The notes beneath the pieces are model-generated. The model was not told where the DNA came from, did no database searches, and saw only the letters and a program-made list of their open reading frames with translations. Position numbers and translations under genes: made by a program. A DNA stretch of 64,000 nucleotides from positions 18,786,001 through 18,850,000 of the forward strand of contig JBHGNT010000009.1 in NCBI GenBank assembly GCA_043228905.1, read 5' to 3'. Positions 1 through 12,060 of the stretch are shown here, one piece after another. Positions within the stretch are counted from its first letter, which is position 1; the number at the start of each line of letters is the position of its first letter. Origin of the DNA: Azolla caroliniana. Taxonomy: Eukaryota; Plantae; Polypodiophyta.

Positions 1-857
1 CCAAGTATAGAGGAGCGGCTGTCGCGACATGCGAAGCCATATGGTTGAAGCGGCTACTTAAGGATCTGCAGGTGGAGGTGTCTGATCCGACGACGATCTA
101 CTACGACAACCTCAGCAACATCCAACTCGCGAAGAACCTGGTCTTCCACGCACGGACCAAGCACATTGAGGTGCACTACCATTTTGTCCGTGAGCGTGTC
201 CTTTCTGGTGAAGTCGAACTTCAGTATGTTCCGACGGATCGGCAGACCGCCGACATCTTCACCAAGCCTCTTGGTCTGGACAAGTTGCAGCAATTCTCGA
301 GTGCGCTTGGGTTGCGTCACCTCGACGTGCCGAACTTGAGGGGGAGAGGCGTCCCAGATGACCACGGAAGGGAGCAGGAAAGGAGCGGAAAAGACCGTGA
401 CGCTGAGACGGATGACGAATTCGACTTTGAATCGACTGAAGAAGCCGAGAGCGGATCCGCGGAAGAGTCCGAAAGCGGACATAAGGGGAGCAGCTGGAAG
501 AAAGAGCCAAAGCCAACCAAGCATGGGGGAGATGACGTCATCAAGGGCAAGAAGACCGAAGACAAGTTGGAGACAGCCAACTCGGACGAGAGCAAAAACC
601 GATCGGAGGTAGCCAAGTCGGTTCAGATGTTTGATTCAGATACACTGAATCAACCGAGGGCCAAGCGGAAAAGAAGGCAGCAGGAGAAGCGCCAACACCG
701 CGACAGCAAGGGAGCTGTGAAGGGCCGTGGGAGCAGACAAGCCGACCGGAAGGGTCGAAGCACGCGGAGTCGAACAGGCCGAGGAGTGCGAGCGAGGCGT
801 GAAGCCAGGAGGAACCGGAACGATGATCCGGAAGATCCCGAAGAGCCTCAAGTTTAG
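1..857 (+). mobile_element. Ty1/copia retrotransposon A: 3' end of pol (RNase H) with an in-frame charged C-terminal extension; 5' part outside window
   Basis: ORF 45-857 has copia RNase H motifs (IYYDNLSNIQLAKNLVFHARTKHIEVHYHFVRE, QTADIFTKPL) followed by ~170 aa acidic then basic low-complexity sequence. Confidence 0.9.
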
Positions 858-869
858 CTTGAGGGGGAG

Positions 870-1348
870 TGTTGAGAGACAAGCTAAACATCGGCCGGAT
901 CGGCTGAGCAAGCCGAGGACCGGATCGGTTGGGGCCGATCGGTTAGGCCGGACCGGTGCATAAAACGGATGTGTAAACCGGTATGCAAACCGGTGCGTAA
1001 TGAGAGGTCGTATCGGTGCGTAGACCGAAAGGTTGTTAGAAAGATATTCCTCGTAAGGAATAGTTTTGGGAGTAAGTGTCGAGGCTCATTTATGAGCAGT
1101 CAAGTACTGTCAGCACTTGTGTCAGCCCGATTGTCAGGGCTTGTATAAAAGTGCTCACTGAGCACATCCTATGTACAGATTGAGTATTATTTTTTAATCA
1201 AGTTTTAGTGTTTTACTCTCTCTCTCTCTGTCTCTCCCATGCGTACTGTGCAAACCTAAGCTTTCCATTAAACCTACGCATTTTCTTTGTGTTCGTTTTT
1301 CTATTGCTTCCACACATTATCTTTCACAGAACTCCAAGTCGACCAACA
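870..1348 (+). repeat. 3' LTR of copia element A
   Basis: Begins TGTTG immediately after PPT ttgagggggag (859-869), ends CCAACA at 1348, contains TATAAAA; followed by sequence of a different copia. Confidence 0.85.
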
Positions 1349-2258
1349 GAGATTGGTTGGAAGACGCAAGGATCCATCCAGCCGGAAGCCGGATAACGCT
1401 TGATGAACCAGCCAGATTTGGACAAGAAACAGAACCGACCGAAGAAGAAAAAGAAGCAGACACCGGAATCAAACAAGACCCCGAATTGGATTCTGATGAA
1501 GAACAGACAGAGGAACCGGTGAATGAAAACCAAGGACGGAGATATCCTCTCAGAGAGAGAAGAGCCCCCCGGAGATTTTCGGATGCAGAGCATGTATTGT
1601 TGACCAATGAGGGGGAGCCGGAAAGCTTCGAAGAAGCAAAGAAAGACACCCACCGCCGCAAGTGGTTAAGTGCCATGTAGGATGAGATGGATTCCCTGCA
1701 TGAGAAGCCAAAAGTAAAGAGCGCTCCAGAACAAGTGGGTGTACAAGCTGAAACCGGGAGATGCTGGAAATCAACAAAGATACAAAGCTCAGATCGTGAT
1801 GAAGGGATTCCAACAGAAGAAAGGAGTGGATTTCGACGAGATCTTTGCCCCGGTTGTATGACATCCATCCGGACTGTGTTGAGCATAGCGGCGAGCATGG
1901 ACCTCGAGGTCGGACAACTCGATGTTAAGACGATGTTCCTTCATGGGAACCTCGAGGAGGAGATTTACATGCAGCAATCGGAAGGATTCATCAAGAAAGG
2001 GAAGCAGCACCTGGTGTGCCGGTTGAAGAAGAGCTTATACAGACTAAAGCAAGCTCTCCAACAATGGTACAAGAAGTTCGACTCCTTCATGACCGATCAG
2101 GTAGAAGGTAGAAGATCAAGAGTTTTCGCTGACGAAGATCCATACAGAGGAGAACGGGTCGGACATGCTGACTAAGGTGTTGTCAGTTAACAAGTTGGAC
2201 GCATGCCTGAGACGGATAGGAGTGACGAGACATCCCATGCGAGAGTGAGGGGGGAGTT
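1349..2258 (+). mobile_element. Decayed Tnt1-like copia element B (internal remnant), same family as the intact element at 59906-63979
   Basis: Peptides RRYPLRERRAPRRF, EPESFEEAK, MTSIRTVLSIAASMDLEV, LVCRLKKSLY match the 1357-aa ORF; stop at 1678, frameshifts and a large RT/RNase H deletion near 2100; PPT gagtgaggggggag before 2259. Confidence 0.9.
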
Positions 2259-2471
2259 TGTTGGGAATTCGGTTCCTTCATATGGGATCCGGAAGATATC
2301 CAGAAACCGAATCGGATGGATCCAGATGGAATCCGGCTAGACCTCAGGTTATGTAGATGTTCCGATGTGACTATTTCAGGTCATATTTATAAATAACCCA
2401 AAATTTCTATGAGTACAAATATAACTAGGGCAACAGTGTTCATAAGGTTGTTGTTATTATTGTTGCACAGA

Positions 2472-2506
<35 letters not shown>

Positions 2507-2773
2507 GAGAGAGAAACAAAAAGTATATTCTATTGTAACCGCCGGTTGGCGAAGACATAGAGATCGAGGTTGTTGCCTCCGAGTCTCACATTGTATCCTT
2601 CCTCTCATTGTGATAGTTGGAGTCTGTGGGCTCCCGTGGTTTTTCCCGATAAGGGTTTTCCATGTAAACATTCAGTGTCGTCTCTATTGTCTGTGTAAGT
2701 GCATTGCTATTTTCTATGTATTTCCTCCATCGTGAGATTGAGACTTGGTTGTGGCCGAGCTCTATTCTGCACA
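2259..2773 (+). repeat. 3' LTR of copia element B
   Basis: Starts TGTTGGG after the PPT; shares blocks (gtgatagttggag, cccgtggtttttccc, agggttttcca) with the reverse complement of LTR 59254-59895; ends ...GCACA; contains (GA)n. Confidence 0.75.
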
Positions 2774-2940
2774 GTTGTCGGATTGGAAGGGTGTCGGCTC
2801 GCATTGGGATGTTATGGGTGACGACTTCAGCTAGTACACCTTTCATATCCATGTACGTCCATGCAAACACGTCCTTAAATTCCGTGAGGACTGCGACTAT
2901 GGATGCATACGTGGCAGGATTAAGACCAACGTGAACAGAG
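2774..2940 (-). mobile_element. Ty3/gypsy (Tat/Ogre-like) RT N-terminal fragment, target of the copia B insertion
   Basis: Minus-strand translation DVFAWTYMDMKGVLAEVVTHNIPMRADTLPIRQ resembles the gypsy pre-RT motif DVFAW...G....V.H.I......P.KQ; truncated at the copia LTR end. Confidence 0.65.
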
Positions 2941-3099
2941 GACCGACCTTTCGGTTCATGAACGCAATTGAATACATCAATGTTGGCTATTTCGATGAAA
3001 TACGAAAACTAAAGGAGCATTTGAATGAGTTTGGGGGTTCCAATCTGCTTAAGTAGTGACTTGTAAGTTGAGACATGTTACCACAACAGAACATGGTCT

Positions 3100-3641
3100 T
3101 GTCAATCCTTACTAGAAGCCCCAACGTCTGATAATGTGCCTCATTGAGATGTTCTCAAGCGAAGGGGATTGGATATTGGACTTATTCTCTGGCACAGGTA
3201 TATTCGGCTTATTTTTATTGATCGTTGTTGTATAGGATACTCAAAACTACTTATGAAGCTAAGTCATATCTTTACTATGTACCAGGTACAACATCAACAT
3301 GTACGTTAAAACTCTTTCGCAATTCTGTTGCATTGGAAAAGGACAAGGAGCGAGTCAGTTTTATAAACATGAGGATCAAGGCGTTATGGGAATGCCTAGA
3401 TCAAGATGAGGAGGTTGGGGCAAAGCACATCGCGGATACCAAACGTTTCCAAGTTGCTTCACATGAGCCGATTCCTCCATTGGTTGGGGAGCCCGGGGAG
3501 TTTATTGACCTCAATGATGAACTTTTAGAGGACCCCACCATTGCTAGCCTATCTGGAGTGAATACCAATGCACAGGATTTGGATGAGAGTCCTGATAACA
3601 ATGACAAGGAGAATGATGAAGATACCCTGATTGCCATTTAG
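3100..3641 (+). mobile_element. Possible hAT transposase C-terminal remnant
   Basis: RNSVALEKDKERVSFINMRIKAL followed by an acidic tail loosely resembles the end of the hAT dimerisation domain; weak. Confidence 0.25.
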
Positions 3642-4689
3642 ATTATGTAATGCCACCCTTCTTTTTTGTAAAATCTTTTGGACATATTATAGTGTATCAA
3701 ACTCCTTTAATCTATTTGGTTTTATGCAATTGTTTGAGAAATTCTTTCTTGGTGAACTTTTTTTATACGCTTCAATGGCAAAATGGTATATAATGTTGAA
3801 ACTCGTTATATTAAGTTTTCCTCTACGCTATGCATTAGCAATGGTTTGGTGTTTGAATATTGATACAATATTACGGATTTCAAAATTTTTGATAATTTTG
3901 GACATTGGTCAATTGCACATTGTAACGTAGTACAGTAATGTTGATCTAGGTCTTTGATCTATGTTTAATGCATAGGATATTTCTTCTTACCACCATTGTA
4001 TATTGCCTTCACATGGATGATTTTGATCACCAAAGACATTTAGACTGTTACACTGTTAGAATGTTAGACATTCAGACTATTGGTCTCTACAAAGTTCCAA
4101 CAATAAAATTTAACCTAAGGGTAGTCACACACATAGAGCAGAAGGTAAAGATGAGCTTGCAATGTTTAAGAACCACAAATATTATTCAAGGAACTTATAC
4201 TTTATCATATAACCATCATGGATTACATACTCCAACTCAATATCAATTACTATAGATATCAAGTTACATGCATGCAAACAAAACTCATCAGGATTTTGTA
4301 GTTCGGATATCAAATGCTAATAATATCTGGTACCATATGTTACTTAGATATAACTACATTCTATATTTAGGTTTCATCGAGAACTATCCTTTTTTATAAA
4401 TGTATATGAAATTAACTAACAATTTGAGAAATTTAATATTTCTCAAACGCAGAATCCTTTAGTAGGTGGAACTATTAATCGCATTTGAATATTCATATCT
4501 TCCACTTTGAAAATGTTCTCAATCAAGACATTTGTGTATGACTGAACCAGCTTCTCCAAATACATTCTCAATTCAAATCAGTTAATCGTCGTTTTAAGAT
4601 CATTTCATTTTGAGTAACTCCAAGTTTATAAATATTCATTCTACAACTAGCACACATCTCTCTTAGCGGTTATGGCAAGGAAATATCAA

Positions 4690-7600
4690 AAACATTAACT
4701 ACATTGAATAAGACGTGATATTGGTGTATATAGTTTTTGTACATCGGCTATATTTACAGCATTGTAGAAGGAATCTAAAAGTGGAATGTGCGATCATTCC
4801 ACTTGTGAACGCAAACATGTTTATTGATTGGGTTCACCATTCAATTACTTTTGCACTAAACGATTGTACTTGCTTTATTCAACATGTTCAAAAACAATTT
4901 CTTTCAATTGTTTCCTCTCCATCAATATCTGAGTTATCTTGTTTGACTTTATTTTATTGTGTACTTGATCCAGACATTCACGTTTATAATATCGATAGTG
5001 TCCCGGATCATTTATCTAATTTTGAACAACAACAATTCGATGAAATCTTAAATGATTTTTGTGATGTTTTTTCAAGTGAACTACCACATGGGTTACCACC
5101 TAAACATAATATAGACCTTTTACCTTGGGTTGCACCAATAAGTATACCCCTGTATCATTTAAGTCGATCCGAAGAGGATGAGGTATCTAAGCAACTGAAG
5201 GAATATTTACAAGTGGTTTATATACATTATAGTAAATCTTCATGAGGTGCACCTATTCTCTTGGTAAAAAAGAAAGAGGGCACATGGCGTGTACGTATTA
5301 ATTACTAACACTTGAATAAAGTGACGATCAAGAATTCATATCCATTGTCCCCAACAGACAATTTGATTGATTGTCTCCAAGGAGCTTGATATTTTTCACA
5401 ACTTGATCTTCGTACGGGCTACCATCAAATTCGTATAAGTGAAGAAGATGTTCCTAAAACAGCATTTCAGAAGATCTCAAAATGTGAGTTCGTCAAGAAA
5501 TCAATACATGTCTTGGACATCTCATAACCAAATGAGGAGTCGAAATTGATCCTTCTCACATCGTGAAAGTCAAACTTTGGCCCACTCTTCGGAATATTCG
5601 AGAAGTTAGATCGTTCCTTGGTTTGTCGATTTTTTGCAAAAATCTCTCGCAATTATTCCCAATATGACAATATGCCAAGCTCTTCGAAGGTTATTTTGAA
5701 GAAAAGGAAAAAATTACTGCAATTATGGAGGAAGTTGCCCCTGTTCACAGTCTCCTCTAAAAGACCGTTATGGAGATATCAACACCCCTGGTCCTTGCCC
5801 TGACCATTTCTTTTGTATATAATACTCTCTTATTTTACATTTTTGTAGCCCTCTGGCCCTTTTCTTAATACTAATGAAGGAAATCTTTTTGAAAAAAAAA
5901 CAAATTTACTCCCAATTGGCGACATCGTTTACTGATCTTTTGAAAGATCGAATGTGTAAGTCTACAAAACCTATAGTATGGAATTCTACACTAGACCTCA
6001 CCTTTAAGGAACTCCAAGACCAGGTGTGCAACGCTCCTTCACTTCTTTTACTAGATCCTTCAAAACATTTTCAAGTTGTCTTATATCAAGATGGCAAATC
6101 AATAGCATTTAAGAGTAAGAAACTTGATTATGCTCAATGTTGATATACTGTTCAAGAAAAGGAAATTATTTGCAGTTATCCATGCGCGAAAGTCATGGCA
6201 CCATTATCTTTATGGAAATTGTTTTGTGGTAACTACATACCACGAATCCTTGAAATATTTTTGTGACCAACAAGACCTTAAGGGTCATAAGGCACGATGG
6301 ACAGATCTCATCCAGGACTTTGATTTTTCCATACGATATCCTAAAGGTTCAATGGACATTGTCACTGATGCACTTAGTCACATCCGTGAAGTTAACATGG
6401 TTAACTTCATTGAAATAACATCAGATCTTTATGATCACCTTCAAGGAAAGTATCCTGATGGCAGTTATTTTGCAAAATATTGGGCAAGAGTTGACTCTGG
6501 AACATACATCACCACACCCTCAAAGGAATCCTTCCACATTGTTAACGGTCTATTGTACCATAATGGGAAGGTTTGTGTTCCATATTTGTTTGAGTTCAAA
6601 AGAGAATTCTTTTTTAATGCCATGATGCACCCTCAGTAGGGCACCCTGGAATACATCGTACACTCGTTCTCATGTCCTCTCAATTCTATTGGCTTAAGAT
6701 GCATCCTAACATACATAGTTATGTGACTAAATGTCACCAATGTCAGGTTAACAAAGCTGAGCGATTTAAAGCCACTAGACTTTTACATCCCTTTGAAATT
6801 CCCAACAATAAATGGGAAAGTATATCCATGGAGGTTATTGTTAGCCTTCCTCGCACCCCAAAAGGCCATGATGCCATTTGGGTTGTGGTTGATAGACTAA
6901 CTAAAATGGTCAGGTTTATTGCTACTAAAACTATGGTAACGACTCCTGAATTAGTTATTTCGCTTTATGGGTTACCGATGGATATTGTGAGTGATCGATA
7001 TCCAAAGTTTACTAGCAACTTTTGGACACAAGTCTTTAAGAAGTTAGAAACTACATTGAGCCTGAGCTCCACAGATCATCCTCAATCTAATGGACAAACA
7101 GAACGAGTAAATCAAATTATAGAGGATATGCTTCGAGCATACGTTGCTACGACGCCAACAAAATGGGAACGTTATCTCTCAATTTTGGAGTTTGCTTATA
7201 ACAGCTCCAAACATACATCAACGAGATATAGTCCTTTTATCTTGATGTATGGCTTTCAACCATGAGCCCTAATTGATGTTAATATACTTCAAGATGAGTT
7301 GCGAAGTAGGCAAAACTTTCTAAGAGATATGCAAGATATATTGCATATTGCACAAGAGAATATTAAAACAGTTGAATATAGAGAACATTTTTATGCCAAC
7401 CATAATGGGCAACCTCATGTATTCAACCTTGGACAGAAGGTATTTCTACATGTACCTCATACTTCTAAGACATTGTCTACCAGTAAGTGTGCTAAATTAA
7501 CCCCACGGTTTGGTGGACCTTTCACAGTCCTCAAATGCATTGGTTCATCAGCCTATCCTCTTGCTCTTCCTGATGATGTCAAAATCCATCCAATTTTGCA

Positions 7601-7875
7601 TGTAAGTCGTTTAAAAGAACTGCTTGGTTTTAGCGACAATAAAGTTACAACTGAAACTCTGGTTACTTTGGAAGATTTAGCTTCTAAACCACATGTACCA
7701 TAGAATATTCTCAATATTAAAACAAAACATTTGCATTCTAAAACCATGCGAGAATTTTAAATTAACTGGATGGATAGGTCTATAAAAGACGCTACATGGG
7801 AACGAGAGAATACTCTTAAAACTAACTTCCTTAACATTGCATTGCAAGAGTGCAATGTTTTAAAGAGGGGGAGTA
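4690..7875 (+). mobile_element. Decayed Ty3/gypsy chromovirus pol (protease end-RT-RNase H-integrase-chromodomain)
   Basis: Fragments FCDVFSSELPHGLPPK, KRKLFAVIHARKSWHHYLYG, CHQCQVNK, WVVVDRLTK, HPQSNGQTERVNQIIEDMLR, GPF..IHPILHVSRLK and chromodomain-like KDATWERE at ~7790-7810; many stops/frameshifts; PPT aaagagggggag before the LTR. Confidence 0.9.
5664..5903 (+). mobile_element. 5'-truncated LINE insertion inside the gypsy RT/RNase H
   Basis: Interrupts gypsy pol, ends in an A-tail (5892-5900), flanked by degenerate 13-bp direct repeats aattattcccaat (5651-5663) / atttactcccaat (5904-5916). Confidence 0.6.
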
Positions 7876-8316
7876 TGTTATGGGCATGACCATAAAATAT
7901 CCCGTGGTAAGTTATATCGTAGAATTTTACACACGAGGATAGCATGTGAGGGCTAACCGAGAGTGTAAAGAAGAGAGGATTACTTTTAATCTAAGGAATT
8001 GAGACAACCCATAAGGGCTAAGTGTGAACTTGCCTAGGGGCCTTAGGTCTGGCTATAAATATGAGGCCTGGATACCCTCATTTAACACATTTCGACTACG
8101 TCGAGACTCTGATCTAGTGGTGATCAAACTCTTGTAGTGAGTGTGCCAATACCAGGTACGACTCGATGCCAAGGCGGTAGTATGGGACGTCGATCGAGGC
8201 TCGAGTCCATCTCGAGGGTGATTGGGTGGATCGGTACCCTTCTTTCTCTCTCTTCTCTATATACCTATCTTATATTTCCTTGTCATTTTTGCTTACATTA
8301 GGATTAAGCTATAACA
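7876..8316 (+). repeat. 3' LTR of the gypsy chromovirus
   Basis: TGTTAT...ATAACA inverted termini, directly after the PPT; TATAAATA near 8055. Confidence 0.85.
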
Positions 8317-8319
8317 CGA

Positions 8320-9000
8320 ACATTACCCCCTCATGTGTAAGAAATAGTGGGTTCATTATGAGGGGCTGACACAACCATTCCTGCATACATGATGGTAGAG
8401 ATTGGACCAAATTATTTTTCAAATCCCACCATGCCTTCATGATACCCCTAAAAATTTATCCTAACGAAAAATATCAATGTAACGAGTAAAATCTCTTAAA
8501 AGCCACCATCTAATACTATCTTTCAATCGCCACTTGTAAACAACATAACCCTTAGCATTCTCTGCCTTAAAATTTTTCCCATGGCTCCCCACCTAGCAAC
8601 AAACCTCCTATAAGAAATTTTCCTAAAAAAGCCTTACATTGCAAAAGAGGGTCAATCAATCCAAGACCACCCTCTTCGTTTGGAGCTATAATAACTTTCC
8701 AAGACACTTTGGCTCTAACATATGAGCAATCTTTAGATCCCCAAAGGAAATTCCTAATAAGCCTTTGTACTTGTGATAAAGCCAAATGCAACCACAACCA
8801 AGCTAACAAAATGTACTACATGGAAGCCAACAATAATTTATTTGCAACAACAACCCTACCTAGCAATGCCAATTTAGTAGTATTCCCAATACAACAATTT
8901 CTTCCTTATCGCAAGCAACAAAGGAGCTACATGATCTTCCAACGAAACATTAATACCATGACATTCTCGATATCTTATCGATTTCAGTTTGTTGCATAAG
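8320..9000 (-). mobile_element. L1-type LINE ORF2 remnant
   Basis: QRLIRNFLWGSKD...KVSWKVIIAPNEEGGLGLIDP is the typical plant LINE post-RT motif. Confidence 0.75.
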
Positions 9001-11351
9001 AATTTAAATAATAGATACTGTTGTAATTATCCAACTAAGACAAAATTAAAAATGGGAATTATTTTAGGTCCTACTACATGTGACCAAAGGCATGATATGT
9101 GCATAGAAGTGTATTAATGAGTGTGGCAAAAAGATTTACAATGCGTCCTACAACTAAAAACCATATCTTGAACAATATGCATTCAAATAGGCCAAGTATG
9201 TGGACTACGTAAATGAACCAAATAACACAAGTGCACGATTACTAGAAGTAGATCATTATTAATCTAGAAAAATGCATGCATCAAGAAAATAACATAGCAA
9301 AGCCTTAAATACAAATCAAAGAACCAAAGGAAAATTATCCAAAATAAACCAACTACAACTCCAAGCAACTCCAAAGGATTTTGCAAAAGAGATATTGTAG
9401 AAGAACATGAGTTCACTATCTAAACATGCATGGGTACCTTTCCAATTAATCTCGTTGAAGATAGTGTAATCCAACACCTTCCAAAGCTAAACTTTATGGC
9501 TCATTCATAATGTAATTAGTAGAAGCATGTGACATATGACTAGAAGTACATGAAAATCACAATTCTATGAAATTAATGGTAGATAGAGATTGACAAAAAA
9601 TACACATTATTTGAGATTCCATTGGCCCATACTTTATAATAATAGTGCTCCCCATATATATAATGATATATGTATGGAATAGTTAAATATTTCCCATGAT
9701 GATAAGGTAAAACCAATTCAAGTATGAATTGAGAATACTCCATCATCAATAGCTCATTATACGCACAAGTGAGTTCATCAAAGTCAAAATCTTCAAACAA
9801 ATTGCAAGCTAAGGTTTGAAGGAAATCAAGATTAGGAATTAGTCAAAGTCCAAGTTGTAAGAAATAGGTGACCACCGACTCAATGTGGATAGTTACTATT
9901 CATTTAAGTTGTGGGCTTTGCAACACAACACACATATCATTATAGTATTTGAATGTTTAAATGTTTTACAAGGGTCATATCACATTTCAATGTATTTGTT
10001 AATGGAGATCTTTTATTTGGATTTGAGTATTTTTATTTGGAATTTAAATTGGGAAAAGCTTGCATCATCCTTTAGTTTCCTAATTCCTCCTATGTTTTCG
10101 TTATCTCCCCAAATGCCCTTGGTTGAGAGAAAAAACAAATGAATTGATCATTTAAAACCTCTTCACGAGAGGGTTGACCAAGCATATCTTGGGAGATAAG
10201 TCTATATTGGGGCTATTTTAAAGTTGTTACCATAAAATTAAGTTCATGTTGAATCATGTTTAAGTAAATTTTACGTTTGACTCTCTCTCTCTCTCTCTCT
10301 CTTCTACATCTATATTATATATAGAAAAATGTTTGGTTGCAACTTGCAAGATATAGAAAAACGGTTTGGAAGATGGGACGCAACACACTTTCTTCACAAT
10401 GCATCAATAGATTCCTCTATGAATGAGGCCCTTTCACAATGCATTACATTAATCTATGACCATATGGAAAAAATGTGAATGCTCATACTTCATGCATTAT
10501 ACCACATTTGGTGTACCTAAGTTCTAACTACGAAACCACATTCTTCCTTGAATGAGGAAACCACACACATCAATACATATAAAAAGCCCACCCATTGTCT
10601 ATCACATGAAACATTGTTTCCATATGACTTCGCTCACAATCACAATGATGTGAGTGGGGTGTTGGGGCACAAGTGATGAGTGTAGCCGTTTATTCATACT
10701 TTGCCCTAAACAAGTTCGAGGATATGAGTATGACACTTTGATACAATGCTTTGCTTATGATCACATTCGATTATGCTCTCCACACGTCTTCGATCAAACC
10801 CAATCTTCGCATGAATTTCTCTCGCAGTCATAATGTGCACTCTCAATTGCAATATTCATTGGTAAAGTTCTTGAACGTTGAGAGTTGCTACACACTTTCA
10901 CATGCATTAAGCGAAAATATAATAGGATCTCATAGGTCATATTTGACCTCTAAATATGATAATAAAGTCTATCTATCTATATATATTTTATTGAGTTGAC
11001 AAAGTCATCCACACACCTTATGTTGTGAACACACACTCCTTGGGGTGGGGAACGCGGATTGTTAGAGTCTACCACGTAGTTAATGGATAAGATATATTCA
11101 AGGTACATATTTTACAATGTACGTGTGATCTTAAAGTCCGCCATTGACTTAATTAATTGCATATGCTTTTGTATTTGAAGTTAATACTTTGAACGTTAGA
11201 TATCACACTCACTCTCCATCACTACTAGGTTTATCATAATTTCCATGTATATTCGCATAGAAATCCTCCCATCTTTCTATTATGTTGTTGATTTACACTT
11301 TGATTATTGCAAATTCGTTGTTATTGTAATCCTCCCTCATTTTGCTAATAT

Positions 11352-11354
<3 letters not shown>

Positions 11355-11439
<85 letters not shown>
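11355..11439. repeat. Compound (CT)n(CA)n microsatellite
   Basis: Directly visible. Confidence 0.95.
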
Positions 11440-11499
11440 AATAGTAATATATTAATTATGAAAGTTTACTTACAAAAGATGGAATAAAATATCCTCTCA

Positions 11500-12060
11500 A
11501 CTCGCAACAAATCAACAAGATTCTTGATACATCCTTTGTTTCTAGATACATTGTTATGGACCTATACAATCCCATGTGATTAAGGCCAATTCAACTAATA
11601 GACATGAATCATGATGCCTTGCCAACCTACAAATCCCTAATACCTCCAATGTCAACCTCCTTGAAGTCTCCAAGTTAGGGATTGCCATATCAACATGTCT
11701 TCTTATTAATGAATATGTCTTAGAACCCCATATTGTGCATTAGAAAACAAATACATTTTGCACACAAAAATATTGAATTTACCCCCAATACCTTAGAACC
11801 GAAAAGATAATCCCAAAATGTGGAAAAGACATTCTTGACTCCACATGACCAAACACCTCCGGAAAAGGGGATTATGACACTTCCCATAGAGAAGCACACA
11901 TCATACATATAAAAATTCAGACACCATTTGCCACTAGATAACTCATATAACAAACACATTCCAAAAGCAACTCCCAAAGGTAATCCTCCAAATAAACACC
12001 TTCGCTTTGAAAAGTACTCCCTCACACACACACATAGAGTTTCCATAGGTCCTCCTCATG
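11500..12060 (-). mobile_element. Highly decayed LINE 3' remnant (zf-RVT region)
   Basis: RRCLFGGLPLGVAF resembles WRVLIGGLPLGLAL of the LINEs at 52.8 and 54.0 kb. Confidence 0.4.
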
